64,000 nt of DNA from Myxococcota bacterium (GCA_965247115.1 CBDFGR010000003.1:1024001-1088000); one strand, 5' to 3'. Shown: positions 9,951-20,774, counted from the stretch's first letter. The notes: a model not told the origin generated them from the sequence alone. Program-made: numbers and translations.

Positions 9951-11733
9951 ACCGGGTCAGTGGCGGACGAGCCGCGTACCGTATTTGGCCGGTCTCATGG
10001 ATGCATTCACGGAGCCGGACGTCGACCAGGTCGTTGGTGTGTTCGCCTCGCAAGCCGCGAAGACCGAAGCCGTCCTCAATCTGATCGGCTTCCATATCGA
10101 CTACGACCCGGCGCCGATGCTCTTCCTCGAGCCGACGCTGGACATGGCGAAGACCATCTCCAAGGATCGCATCGCGCCGATGCGCCGGGACACGCCGGCG
10201 TTGCGCGCGAAGATCCGCGACGCGCGAACCCGCGACTCTGACAACACGCTGCTGCACAAGTCCTTCCCGGGCGGACACTTGACGCTCGCCGGGGCGAACT
10301 CCGCGGCGGATCTTTCGAGCCGCCCGATCCGGATCGTGATCGCGGACGAGGTCGATCGGTATCCGCCGAGCGCTGGGACTGAGGGCGATCCCGTTCAGCT
10401 GGCAACGACCCGGACCTCAACGTTTTGGAATGCTCTGGTCGTGCTGATCTCCAGCCCTGGGACTGCGGGGATCAGCCGCCTCGAGGTCGCCTGGAACGAA
10501 AGCGATCAGCGGCGGTACTTCGTGCCGTGTCCGGACTGCGGAGAGTTTCAGACACTCATCTGGGATCAGGTCCACTGGGATAAGAGCGAGTCCGGCGCGC
10601 ACGTGCCGGAGAGCGCGATCTACGCCTGCAAGCGTTGCGGCTCGGCCTGGGATGACGTCGACCGCTGGGGCGCGGTCAGTCAGGGAGAGTGGCGGGCGAC
10701 GGCAGAGTTCAAGGGCACGGCAGGCTTCCACCTATCGGCGCTCTACTCGCCGTGGGAACGGCGGAACCTCCAGGCGCTAGTGAAGCAATGGCTCGCGGCT
10801 CAGGGGAACACGCCGCTCCTGAAGGTGTTCATCAACACGGTACTCGCGGAGTGGTGGGAAGAGAAGTACCACAGCCTCGACAAGGATCGGATCCGCGAGC
10901 GCAGCGAAGAATACCCGGAGCAGGAAGGTCAGCAGGTGGTTCCCCGCGCTGCGGCGGTACTCACGGCAGGCGTCGACGTTCAGGACGATCGCATCGAGTG
11001 TCAGGTGGAGGCCTGGGGCCGCGGCGAGGAGAACTGGAAGCTCGAATACCACGTCCTGCCGGGCGACCCGTCCGCGAAGGCTATCTGGGACGAGCTCTGG
11101 GAGCTGATCTGTAGGCCTCGGAGACTCGAGCGGGGTGGCGTCGACTACATCCGCGCGACGTGCGTCGATACAGGCCATCACACGCTGAGAGCGTATGACT
11201 TCTGTCGGCCGCGGTTTCGCGTGCCGACTCCCGATGGGCGTCGCGCCTACGTCTTCGCGGTGAAGGGCTCTGCGGGGGCTGGCGATCTCTGGCCGAAGAA
11301 GCCGAACATGAACAACAAGGGGAAGATCCCCCTGTTCACTCTCAGGGTCGATGCGGCGAAGGAAGCGATCCACCGCTCCCTCCAGAAGAACGTCGAGCCC
11401 GGCCCGGGGTATATCCATTTTCCGAGCTGGCTGCCGGCGGAGTACTACGAGCAACTCACGGCGGAGCAGGCTCATGAGGTCCACGACAAGCGTGGTTTCC
11501 CGAGTCGTGCATGGGAGCTGAAGAGCCCAGGTCGGCGGAACGAGGCACTCGACACCGCGGTCTATGCAATGGCCGGACTTGAAGGCTTGAAGTCGATGGG
11601 TCTCGACCTCGAAGCGGAGGCGAACCGAGTCGAGGCCCTGATCGAGCTCGCGACCAAAGCCGACGCGGCGCACTCGCCGGCGAAGACGAAGCGCGGGCGC
11701 CGGAAGAACTCGAGCAGCTGGCTGAACCGTTGA
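9874..11733 (+). CDS. Terminase large subunit, lambda GpA family
   Basis: WRTSRVPY, SQAAKTE (Walker A-like), IADEVDRY (Walker B), YFVPCPDC, TAGVDVQ, RNEALD; start uncertain (9727-9874). Confidence 0.95.
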   Translation: MRPPPRIGVREWADRKRVLSPEASAEPGQWRTSRVPYLAGLMDAFTEPDVDQVVGVFASQAAKTEAVLNLIGFHIDYDPAPMLFLEPTLDMAKTISKDRIAPMRRDTPALRAKIRDARTRDSDNTLLHKSFPGGHLTLAGANSAADLSSRPIRIVIADEVDRYPPSAGTEGDPVQLATTRTSTFWNALVVLISSPGTAGISRLEVAWNESDQRRYFVPCPDCGEFQTLIWDQVHWDKSESGAHVPESAIYACKRCGSAWDDVDRWGAVSQGEWRATAEFKGTAGFHLSALYSPWERRNLQALVKQWLAAQGNTPLLKVFINTVLAEWWEEKYHSLDKDRIRERSEEYPEQEGQQVVPRAAAVLTAGVDVQDDRIECQVEAWGRGEENWKLEYHVLPGDPSAKAIWDELWELICRPRRLERGGVDYIRATCVDTGHHTLRAYDFCRPRFRVPTPDGRRAYVFAVKGSAGAGDLWPKKPNMNNKGKIPLFTLRVDAAKEAIHRSLQKNVEPGPGYIHFPSWLPAEYYEQLTAEQAHEVHDKRGFPSRAWELKSPGRRNEALDTAVYAMAGLEGLKSMGLDLEAEANRVEALIELATKADAAHSPAKTKRGRRKNSSSWLNR

Positions 11734-11743
11734 GAGGGTCGCG

Positions 11744-13049
11744 ATGGCCTGGACGCAAACCGATCTCGATGCACTCGATGCCGCCTTGGGCGGAAGCTGC
11801 GCTCGAGTCGTTCGTCGCGAATGTCGTCGGAAACGGCATCCGTCCCAAGCCCGTCACGGGAAGCGAGGAGCTCCAGGCTCAGATCCTCGATGCCGCGCTT
11901 GCTTGTCGGGAGATGAAGGAGGCCGGTGAGGTCTTCATTCGACAGCGTCCACGCCGACGCTCGGATGGCTTGTCCGTCCCGATGCAGCTTCAGATGCTCG
12001 AGGGGGATCACCTCGACTCGGCGATGTTCCGCCCGCTTCCGGGCGGTCGCCGGATTCAGGCTGGGATCGAGTTCGACGCGGTCGGTCGGCGGCAGGCCTA
12101 TCACTTCTGGCGCGAGCATCCGGGCGAGTTCAACCTCCGGCAGCAACGCAAGGTCATCGTTCCCGCCGACCGCGTGATCCATCTCTTCCGTGTGACGTGA
12201 GCTGGTCAGCTTCGAGAGATCCCGGGATTCGCCTCTGTGCTGGTCAAGCTCTACGAGCTCGATCAGTACGACGACGCGGAGGTCGTGCGCAAGAAGATCG
12301 CCGCGATGTTTGCGGCGTTCGTGACCAAACCGGCCTCCGATTCAGACCCCTTGGGTGCGGGCTCTCAAGGAGAGGACGATGAGAACATCCCGCTCGCGTC
12401 ACTGGAGCCGGCGACAGTGCAAGAACTCGGACCTGGCGAGGAGATCAAGTTCGCCGAGCCGGCCGATGTGGGGGGGTCGTACGAAGCCTTCATGCGTGTG
12501 CAGCTCCAATCGGTCGCGATTGGCCTAGGCATCACGTACGAGCAGCTCTCGGGCGACCTCTCGAAGGTGAACTTCTCGAGCATCCGAGCTGGGTTGCTCG
12601 AGGTGCGCCGCCGCATGGAGCAGATCCAGCGCAACGCCATGGTCTTCCAGCTCTGTCGACGCGTCTGGCGCTGGTGGTTGCCGGCCACGGTGCTCTCAGG
12701 GCGCGTTCAGGTCCCAGCGGAGGAGCGCGCGAAGATGAGCCGGCTGCTGCGCGCGCAATGGCAGCCGCCGGGCTGGGAGTACGTGGAGCCCGAGAAGGAC
12801 ATCAAGGCTGCGGTCCGTCGGATCCGGGCTGGCCTGTCGAGCCGAAGCCTCGAGGCCGCAAAGCTGGGGCTCGATGTGGAGGAGCTCGATCGCCAGATCG
12901 CCGCCGACAACGAGCGCGCACGCGAGCTCGGCCTCGTGTTCGACAGCGATGCATCAAGCGACATGGATGGCCAAGCCCGGGCAGGCGCGCTCGGTGCCGG
13001 AGAGAACGGCGAAGAGGGTCAGGCCGGCTCCGATTCCGCAGCCGCGTAG
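11744..13049 (+). pseudogene. gpW start fused by deletion to a frameshifted lambda-family portal gene
   Basis: MAWTQTDLDALDAAL (gpW), then PWAEAALESFVANVVGNGI, GIEFDAVGRRQAYHF, VKLYELDQYDDAE, LSGDLSKVNFSSIRAG; frame break near 12195. Confidence 0.9.
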
Positions 13050-13059
13050 GGGAGAGGTC

Positions 13060-14334
13060 ATGCCAGAGACGACCAGCGACGAGAGGGAAGACGGAGCGGG
13101 AGTCAGCCTGCCCGAAGTCGTGTCGCGGCTTTGCAACGTGCCGCTCCTGATGGAGCGATCGCGGATGGAGCCGCTGATCGCAACGATGCGCACCGCCGAT
13201 GGATTCGACCCCAAGGCGTTCTTCTTTCTCTTCGACAGCGAGCCCTCGTCCCTCGAGATCCGGGATGGGATCGCGGTCGTGCCGATCCAGGGCGCGCTCT
13301 TCGGATTCAGGCTCAGCCGCCTGAAGGAGAAGCTCAAGCAGGCGATCGGGCGCGGCGACGTCAGGGGGATCCTGCTCGATGTCGCCAGCCCAGGCGGGCA
13401 GGTCGCTGGGACCTTCGACCTGGCCGACGAGATCTTTGAGGCGCGCAGCATCAAACCCATCTGGGCCATCGCGAACGACGATGCCTTCTCCGCAGCCTAC
13501 GCGCTCGCGAGTTCGGCGGAGCGGATCCTTGTCACTCGGACTGGGGGCGTCGGAAGTGTCGGTGTGATCGCTGTCCACGTCGAGTTCAGCAAGATGGACG
13601 AGCGGGTGGGATTGACGATCACGGAGATCTTCTCGGGCGCGCACAAGGCGGACCTGAGCGACTCGAAGCCGCTCACGAGCGATGCGCGCGCGTCGGCGCA
13701 GGCGGAGGTCGATCGGCTTCGAGAGATCTTCGTCGCGGCCGTCGCACGCAATCGCGACATGGCCCCGAAGGCGGTGCGCGACACCGAGGCGGCAGTGTAC
13801 TTCGGCGGTGCCAACGGCGCCGACGTGGGATTCGCCGACGGCGAATCGACATTTGATCAAGTGTTTGCGGAGTTCAAGGAGATGGTCTCCAAGCGACCCG
13901 CGCTCACCATCAGCGGGCTCACGCCCGTCAGAGGGGACGGTGGAATGGCCGATCCGAAGCAGCCCGAGGGTAGCCACGAGGCGGAGGCCTCCGAAGGCGC
14001 CGACCGGGACAACGTGATCAGCATCGAGAACGCGCGCAAGGAAGGGCGCGCGGAGGCGGAGGCCTCCGCAAAGGAGCGCGCGTCGGCGATCCGGATGGCC
14101 TGCGATCTGGCGGGCTGCCCGGAGCGGTTCGGTGAGCTCCTCGATAGCGAGCTCACAGCCGAGCAGGTCGGGAAGACGCTGCTCGAGGACCGCGCAGGCA
14201 AGTCCGAGGAGGAGATCCACGGACACCACCGCGCCCGAGACGACGAGCCCGAGCCGGAGATCCACACCCAAGGGATCTACGCCCGCTGGAGCGACCCGCA
14301 GTCGTTCCGTACGGGTGTGGTGAAGGGAGGCTGA
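13060..14334 (+). CDS. S49 family head maturation protease/scaffold (gpC-like)
   Basis: LDVASPGG, AFSAAYALAS, GGVGSVGV motifs; acidic scaffold-like C-terminus. Confidence 0.9.
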   Translation: MPETTSDEREDGAGVSLPEVVSRLCNVPLLMERSRMEPLIATMRTADGFDPKAFFFLFDSEPSSLEIRDGIAVVPIQGALFGFRLSRLKEKLKQAIGRGDVRGILLDVASPGGQVAGTFDLADEIFEARSIKPIWAIANDDAFSAAYALASSAERILVTRTGGVGSVGVIAVHVEFSKMDERVGLTITEIFSGAHKADLSDSKPLTSDARASAQAEVDRLREIFVAAVARNRDMAPKAVRDTEAAVYFGGANGADVGFADGESTFDQVFAEFKEMVSKRPALTISGLTPVRGDGGMADPKQPEGSHEAEASEGADRDNVISIENARKEGRAEAEASAKERASAIRMACDLAGCPERFGELLDSELTAEQVGKTLLEDRAGKSEEEIHGHHRARDDEPEPEIHTQGIYARWSDPQSFRTGVVKGG

Positions 14335-14335
14335 G

Positions 14336-14435
14336 ATGGCACAACAGACCGAACCCCAGCACGCGGTGGCGTTCGTCGCCTCCGAGGCGGCGGGGAACCG
14401 CTCCCGGGAATCCGTGACAATCCAGGGAGGCTCCA
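14336..14435 (+). pseudogene. Head decoration protein, N-terminal stub
   Basis: MAQQTEPQHAVAFVASEAAGNRSRESVTI; expected position after S49; similarity lost after about 32 codons. Confidence 0.65.
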
Positions 14436-14489
14436 GTGCAGACCGGTCCCTCGTGTCGCCACAGCCGCCGGCAGGCCCAGCGTCAGCCC

Positions 14490-14555
14490 ATCACCGCATC
14501 CGAAGGCCGACAGCTCTCCGTGATCCACGAACAGCTTGACCCACGAACGCTCCAT
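14490..14555 (+). mobile_element. IS256-family transposase C-terminal scrap
   Basis: ITASEGRQLSVIHEQLD resembles the C-terminus of the 38631-39935 transposase and 32320-32487. Confidence 0.6.
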
Positions 14556-14859
14556 GACCGGACCTTCTTGGCATTGATAGTTTTGGTGTCTCCCACGGAC
14601 CAACACAAGCCCCTTTGGTCTCCCGATGCTGCCCGTCCCTGGCCGACATGGTGCTCTACTGTGCGCTGCCTTCGGAGCTGGCGTGGGTCAGGCACGCGAC
14701 CCGGCGCCGAGCAGAGCCTGCACCCGGCTGCTGTCACCGCTGGCATGCGCGCGTAGGAGAAACGCGGATAAGTGCTCCTCAGCGGCGCTGGGCCGCTCAC
14801 CACCAGTATAGTCGGGCATGAGCTCCATTGAATGGAACTCGAGGCAAGCAGGATTCCAG

Positions 14860-15261
14860 CTAGGCCTCTGAGGTCCCGGCGCGAGCACCGTCTATCGACC
14901 AGGCGCCTGGGCCGCGCGCAGCCAGGTACAGGAAGATCCAGCAATAGGCGATCGCGATCTCGCCCTGGTTCAGAATCGGCCAGAAGCCGCCAGGGATCAC
15001 GTGTCCCAGGAAGTACGCCGCGGCCATCAGACCGCTGCAGACGAACGCTGTCGGTTTCGAGAACAGTCCGATCGCGATCAGTGCTCCGCCGACCAGTTCA
15101 ATCGGCCCGGCCACATAGGTGATGTACGCGGGAATCCCTTCCGGGAGACCGCCGAACCACCCAAACAGCTTCTGGGCCCCGTGGGTGGCGAAGTTGATCC
15201 CGACCAGGATTCGCATAACGTCGAAGATTCGGTCCGATTGAGCGGCTAACGTACCAAACAT
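14860..15261 (-). CDS. DoxX family membrane protein
   Basis: HGAQKLFGWFGG...ELVGGALIAIGLF...GPGAWSID. Confidence 0.92.
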   Translation of the reverse strand: MFGTLAAQSDRIFDVMRILVGINFATHGAQKLFGWFGGLPEGIPAYITYVAGPIELVGGALIAIGLFSKPTAFVCSGLMAAAYFLGHVIPGGFWPILNQGEIAIAYCWIFLYLAARGPGAWSIDGARAGTSEA

Positions 15262-15341
15262 GATTTCTCCCAGAGCTGGAGCTGCCGCATAGTAGAATGT
15301 AGGCCAGCTCGGATCAAGTCTCAAAGCGGCGCGGTCAACCT

Positions 15342-15972
15342 GAGAACGACAAGGTGGTGACGTTCAGTCTAGAGGACGCGATGTTGGCTGGGCTCTACCC
15401 CGGCAAGAAGGATCGCAACGGCGAGCCGAGCGTCTGGTCAAAGTACCCGAAGGACATGCTCATCTGGAAGGCCGTAGCGCGCGACTGCCGACGGAACTGG
15501 GCCGACATGACCCGGCAGTGTTCCCGTCGCTGAGGACATGCCCGGCTACGGCGAGTCAAGGCTTGAGATCAACGTCACACCGCCGCGCGAGGACACTCCG
15601 ACGGCGGACCCGGCTCGTGCACTCTTCGCGGGTGAGTCGATCGAGCCTGAGATCGTCGGACCCGAGGGGCCCGGCGGTCCCGCTGCACCGAACGCAGAGC
15701 CTGAGGATGTGGGGGACTCAGATGACTCTGCTGCGCCGAACGCCGGGACGCCCTCTGACGATGCGAATGCAACGGGTCGCCCGGCTCCGAGTGAGGGATC
15801 CAGTGAGGCCACGCCGGAGCCGGGACCTCCCAACGAGGACGGCCCGAAGTTCTCGGCGCTACCCAAGGACTTCGACCCGACGCGCGACAACTGCCCCGAC
15901 TGCGAGCGCACGGCTGATCTCGGTCACAAACCGGGGTGCTCCATCGCGAAGCTGCTGAAGGAGCAGGGGTGA
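15342..15972 (+). pseudogene. RecT/Bet-like phage recombinase, C-terminal fragment
   Basis: TFSLEDAMLAGL...SVWSKYPKDMLIWKAVARDCRR, then a disordered acidic tail in another frame. Confidence 0.6.
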
Positions 15973-16149
15973 AGACACGAACCACCGACCAGAAGTTGGT
16001 CGACCGCGTCCCCTGCGAGGGCTCTGAGGACTGCGACAAACTCGTCAGTCCCGACGGCTTCCGTCTTTGCCCTGAGCACCTGAAGGAGTCGTGGGACGGA
16101 ATGGAGGAGGCGGAGAATACGCCTCCGTCTCGCAGGCCGAGGCGAAGAG

Positions 16150-16413
16150 ATGGCGACTGAGCCGACCGGCGAGCCTTTCTGGCTCAACTTCACACAGCTT
16201 GCGAAGCGTCTCGGTGTTCCGCGCAACAAGCTGTACCAGTTCGAGAGGATGGGCATGCCTGTCGTGAAAGTGGACCGGCAGAACCGCGTGATATGGTCCG
16301 AGTTCGTCGCATGGGCGAAGGAGCAGCAGACGCGCGAGGAGAGCCCCGACGAGTTCGCCGAGCGCCGGATGAGGGAGACAGGCTTTGAGCGTAAGTCTCT
16401 ACAAGCGGGGTAG
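16150..16413 (+). CDS. Excisionase / HTH DNA-binding protein
   Basis: LNFTQLAKRLGVPRNKLYQF...MPVVKV...FVAWAK; overlaps the integrase start. Confidence 0.8.
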   Translation: MATEPTGEPFWLNFTQLAKRLGVPRNKLYQFERMGMPVVKVDRQNRVIWSEFVAWAKEQQTREESPDEFAERRMRETGFERKSLQAG

Positions 16414-17587
16414 GATCTGGTACGCGGATATCTCGCTCGACGGACAGCGGGTTCGCGAGTCGATGCAGACCACCGTTCGCAAGGCCGCGGAGTCGAAGGC
16501 CAAGGCGCGCGAGCGTACGATGATCTCCGGCGATTGGGAGCCGAAACGACGCGGCGGCGCCCCGGTACTCCGCGAAGCTTTCGACGACTTCTTGAAGACT
16601 TCGCGACGTGAGAAGGGTACGCTCGGTCGCTACCGAACGGGCTTCAAGCTGGCGTGCGAGTTCTTCGGCGATCGCCGTCTTCTCGCCGACATCACGCGCG
16701 CCGACGCCGAGGCGTTCGTTCGTAGTCTCGTCGTCGCCAAGCACGCGACTGACGACGACGAGGAGGAAGTACGCCGATCGCCGGGCACGCTTCGGAACCT
16801 GGTCGTCGTCTTCCGCAACGCGGTGCGACGCGGTGAGCTGCGCGAGAATCCGTGGGACGTGGCGTGGGTGATCGCTGAAGTAGCTCCAGAACGCGAGCGA
16901 CTCGGCGACGACGAGGACGCCGTGTACCCCCTCACGCGCGACGAGCAGGTGAGGCTCCTCGAGAAGCTCGGCCAGGTCGACCGGGGACTGTACATCGCGA
17001 CGCTGCTCAGTCTGCGTGCGGGCCTGCGTCGCTCCGAGGTTCTCGGGCTGCACTGGGACGACCTGGACCTGCGCGCGAGTCCGCCGGTGCTCCGAGTGCG
17101 TCGACGCATCTCGCGGAGCCAGGCCGGTGCGCCGAAGTCGGCCGCATCGAGGCGGCGCGTGCCTCTCTCGCCTGGCCTAGTCCACGCGCTCGAGTGTTAC
17201 CGGCAGTCGCAGCTCGAGGAAGCGATGGAAAAGGGTCGTGATCTGAAACCCGTCCTGATCCCACCGCTGGCGGGACGATTCCCGTACCGTGGCGAGTGGC
17301 GCTTCTCGCGACAGTTCCGGCAGCACATGATCAAGGCCGGCGTAAAGCCGAAGAGCGACCATCCCTTCCACCGGCTGCGCCACACGTACGCCTCCGAGCT
17401 GCTCTCGGCGGGTGTTCCCATCGCTCAGGTGAGCGAGTGGATCGGTCACTCGGACGAGAAGATCACGCGCAGGGTGTACACGCACTGGATTCCGAACCCG
17501 GATCACGCCGAGCTCGTCGGGCGGCTCGATAGTTTTGGGGCAGTCGACCTCGACGTCGCTGAGGACTCGCTGTGCACTTTCGTGTGA
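16385..17587 (+). CDS. Tyrosine recombinase/integrase
   Basis: LYKRGRIWY arm domain; GLRRSE, HRLRHTYAS, IGH, VYTH catalytic motifs intact. Confidence 0.95.
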   Translation: MSVSLYKRGRIWYADISLDGQRVRESMQTTVRKAAESKAKARERTMISGDWEPKRRGGAPVLREAFDDFLKTSRREKGTLGRYRTGFKLACEFFGDRRLLADITRADAEAFVRSLVVAKHATDDDEEEVRRSPGTLRNLVVVFRNAVRRGELRENPWDVAWVIAEVAPERERLGDDEDAVYPLTRDEQVRLLEKLGQVDRGLYIATLLSLRAGLRRSEVLGLHWDDLDLRASPPVLRVRRRISRSQAGAPKSAASRRRVPLSPGLVHALECYRQSQLEEAMEKGRDLKPVLIPPLAGRFPYRGEWRFSRQFRQHMIKAGVKPKSDHPFHRLRHTYASELLSAGVPIAQVSEWIGHSDEKITRRVYTHWIPNPDHAELVGRLDSFGAVDLDVAEDSLCTFV

Positions 17588-17666
17588 ACAACTCGACTAT
17601 GACGTCACAAATGCGACACACCCCCCAATTTGGTACACTTCGCAGCATCGTAAGTGCTTGGAAACA

Positions 17667-17712
<46 letters not shown>

Positions 17713-17889
17713 TCGACAGAATCACCCGAGTGCGGCTCTGCGCGGCGCTTAGAGCGTAACGATGGGGAATCAGGGTCCCCCAGACACCCCCGAACGTCCA
17801 CTTTGGACGGCGACGATGAGCGGTCAGCAGAGTCAGATCGCACTATCGTGTTACAGTCTTCCCCACCTCGCCCACGGGAGAGCACTACG

Positions 17890-18520
17890 ATGGAAGACAT
17901 CTTCAAACCAGATGCGTTCGCGGACAAAGTGGTTCTCGTGACCGGAGCCACCTCGGGTCTCGGCGCAGAGACCGCACGGGAGTTCGCTGCACACGGTGCC
18001 GCTGACCGGCCGGGATCGCAGGCGCGGAGAGGGGGTGCGTGACGAGATCACAAAGATGGTGTCGTGGCCCAGACGGTCGATCGCTTCGGGCGCATCGACA
18101 TCCTCTTCAACGAGCACCAGGTCCGCCTTGCCCCCCGCCTCACACGCCTCGGAGCTTGCATATCCGCGGATCGATGAGTTCACGGATGAGGACTGGCACC
18201 TCGTGATCGATACCAGCCTCCACGCGACCTTCTACAAGGCCGCCATCATCCACCTGACCCGGGTAATGGCGCTTGAGACAGCGGAACAGAACATTCGGGT
18301 CACCGTGATCTGCCCAGGCGATATCGACACACCGATACAGGAGAGCGGCTACGCTGGTCTGGAGCTCGGCCGCGACGACTGGTTGGCTGCGATCGCCTCG
18401 ACGATCCCGATGAAGCGCATCGGCCGTTCGGAGGAGATCGCGCCCACCGTGATGTTCATGGCATCTGATGCGGCTTCATTCGCCACGGGAAGCGTGTATT
18501 CCGTCGACGGAGGCGCTGTT
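17890..18520 (+). pseudogene. SDR oxidoreductase, frameshifted and internally deleted
   Basis: KVVLVTGATSGLG, FGRIDILFN, IRVTVICPG, PMKRIGRSEEIA...VDGG spread over several frames. Confidence 0.85.
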
Positions 18521-18673
18521 TGTCGAGAGCTAATCCGGTTCCGTAGAGTTGCCGAGTGTCTCCACGAGTTGACACAACGCCGGCGGGACGCCGGAAGCGG
18601 AGGCAAGTTCTACCAAGCGACGATCTCGCGCGTTGGCCGCAGGGGCATCCTGGATATAACTATGGAGTGAGAT

Positions 18674-19210
18674 ATGACTAGTACGATGTTCAAAAAGCTA
18701 ACGAGCTTCGATTACATCAAGCTCAAGATCTTCCAGCCCATAAAGAACAGAAATTCCAGAGGGCTTTTTGGACGCCGGAGTCGTCGGCCACAGCAAAAGA
18801 CTCAATTAACAAGCATAATCGAGGCGAAGACAACCATAAGAGGCAATGTGTCCGGAGAAGAGAATCTGCGGATCGAAGGCAAGTTGGAAGGCACGGTCAA
18901 CCTTCCCAGAAACCATGTAATCGTTGGCGAAACGGGTCAGGTGATCGCAGATATTACAGCGAACATAGCGACCCTAGACGGGGACACAAAAGGGGAAATC
19001 AAAGCCGTCGAGAGAGTCATCATCTCGAATACGGGCCGCATCCGCGGCAGTATCTCGAGCCCAAGGGTGGTCTTGGAGGACGGAGGAAAATTCACGGGCC
19101 GTATCGACATGAACCTGACGGAGGGTAAGAAAGTAAAGACCGCACGGAAGGTCCCGGTCAAAGAGACGTCCTCCCAGGAACCGGACGAGCAGGTCAGAAA
19201 GCCAACCTAA
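18674..19210 (+). CDS. Bactofilin / polymer-forming cytoskeletal protein
   Basis: IRGNVSGEENLRIEGKLEGTV...GRIRGSISSPRVVLEDGGKFTGRIDM. Confidence 0.92.
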   Translation: MTSTMFKKLTSFDYIKLKIFQPIKNRNSRGLFGRRSRRPQQKTQLTSIIEAKTTIRGNVSGEENLRIEGKLEGTVNLPRNHVIVGETGQVIADITANIATLDGDTKGEIKAVERVIISNTGRIRGSISSPRVVLEDGGKFTGRIDMNLTEGKKVKTARKVPVKETSSQEPDEQVRKPT

Positions 19211-19274
19211 GCGGCTTCTCGGACTATTGCGGCACCAACGGCGATCGTGATTGCGTTGCTGATGCCAACAGGTT

Positions 19275-19826
19275 GTGAGCGAACAAACACACAAGAGGGC
19301 CGTCACTTTTCCCTGGATATTGGGACACCTTGATCCCGAGGATCCGTTCACCGTGATGGACGTCGGACAGGGAGAGTCGGGGAGCGTTAAGTTCTTCAAT
19401 CAGTTCCCATGTTGCTTGTACTTCCTGAATCTATACGACAAACCATCGCAGGCTGTCTACGCTCCCTTTACTGATCTACCGGCAGGCATACGGTTTGACG
19501 TCTGTCTTCTCTGGGACTATTTGAACTTTCTGGACGAGGAACAGCTCACCCTTTTCATCCACTCACTGCGTTCTTTCATCCATGCCAAGACGCTCATCCA
19601 TGCAGTTATTGCGTATTCGACCTACCCTCCGCTGCAAAGGCTACGTTACAACGTGGATGAGGGCGGTTCGATCATCTTGAAATCGAATGACTCAGTGCGA
19701 GTGCCATATCCACATACTCTGGCTGAAGTCGTACATCTGTGGCCGCAATTTATCCTCGAGCGCGCGACGATCCTGCACGACAACCGCCTGGAATTGGTTG
19801 CTCGTGAAGGATCGGCGTTGCGGTGA
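19275..19826 (+). CDS. Methyltransferase-fold hypothetical protein downstream of bactofilin
   Basis: VMDVGQG, FDVCLLWDYLNFL. Confidence 0.6.
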   Translation: MSEQTHKRAVTFPWILGHLDPEDPFTVMDVGQGESGSVKFFNQFPCCLYFLNLYDKPSQAVYAPFTDLPAGIRFDVCLLWDYLNFLDEEQLTLFIHSLRSFIHAKTLIHAVIAYSTYPPLQRLRYNVDEGGSIILKSNDSVRVPYPHTLAEVVHLWPQFILERATILHDNRLELVAREGSALR

Positions 19827-19954
19827 TGTACTCGACGGACATTCAACTCACTCCAAATCTCGTAGGATGTCCTTGCTGTCCGCCACGGTTTGTGGCGCGA
19901 ACGCGAGGATCGTTGTGGCCAGGACCGCTCCCGGCATGCGGAGCACGGACTTCG

Positions 19955-20272
19955 TCAACCGCCCGGTCTCATCGCAGCACATGCTGGATGCTGGAGCGCA
20001 TCCGGTTGCTGGAAAGTGGCATGTCGTAGATCTCGAAAAGCGAGGCGCTGAGCAGCAGTGCCATGTAAGACGCGGACCGGGACCTCGTCCGCTACGGCAG
20101 CGGGTTTGTCGCTGCATCCGACCCGCAGGCCGTTGCCCATGACCTCGAGCTCGGCCTCGGCGCCACCCTCAAAGCCGCAGACATCCCACATCACCCAGCC
20201 GTGCTCTCCCGGCCCGATCTGCATCGCGCAGGACGGCAGGAGCAGCAGCGCAACGATGAGAGCTTGTTTCAT
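19955..20272 (-). CDS. Small putative phage lipoprotein (3' end probably broken)
   Basis: MKQALIVALLLLPSC lipobox; GAGGGGGG RBS. Confidence 0.45.
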   Translation of the reverse strand: MKQALIVALLLLPSCAMQIGPGEHGWVMWDVCGFEGGAEAELEVMGNGLRVGCSDKPAAVADEVPVRVLHGTAAQRLAFRDLRHATFQQPDALQHPACAAMRPGG

Positions 20273-20774
20273 GATGTCCCCCCTCGGATCGCACGGACGA
20301 CCTTCTCGGGGATGTCGTCCACCTTCCCTTCGAGGCTGCCGAGCCGTCGCTCCACGTCCCGTAGCTGCTGCTGGACGCCCGATAGGTCGCGCTCGGCAGT
20401 ACCGATCCGGTCGCTATTCGATGCGGACCGCTCCGCAACCGGCGCCACGGCCTTCTTCACGTGCTCCTCACTCGCCACATCTCGGACCAAGGTGATCGAG
20501 TCCGTCTCCTGACCCTCGATCCCGAGCTCGTCCAGGACGATCTCCCCCGTCAGCGTCCCGCCGGCAAGCGGCAGGTACGAGCTCGCCGTGATCGTGTCGA
20601 GGACTTGGGCGTCGGTAAGGCCGTTCCCGACCTTCGACGCCGTGAGCGAGCCGTCAGCGAGGTCCATGAGGTCGGCGTCGAACGCCTGAACGTAGTACCG
20701 ATCACGAGTCCGAGGTTCGTCCGCGCGTCGGCCGCGGTCGAGGCGCCCGTCCCGCCGGCAGCCACCGCGACCAT
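20269..20774 (-). pseudogene. Phage tail-fibre-like fragment fused to a small coiled-coil gene
   Basis: VAAGGTGASTAADARTNLGL and YLPLAGGTLTG tail-fibre motifs; coiled-coil C-terminal part. Confidence 0.65.
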
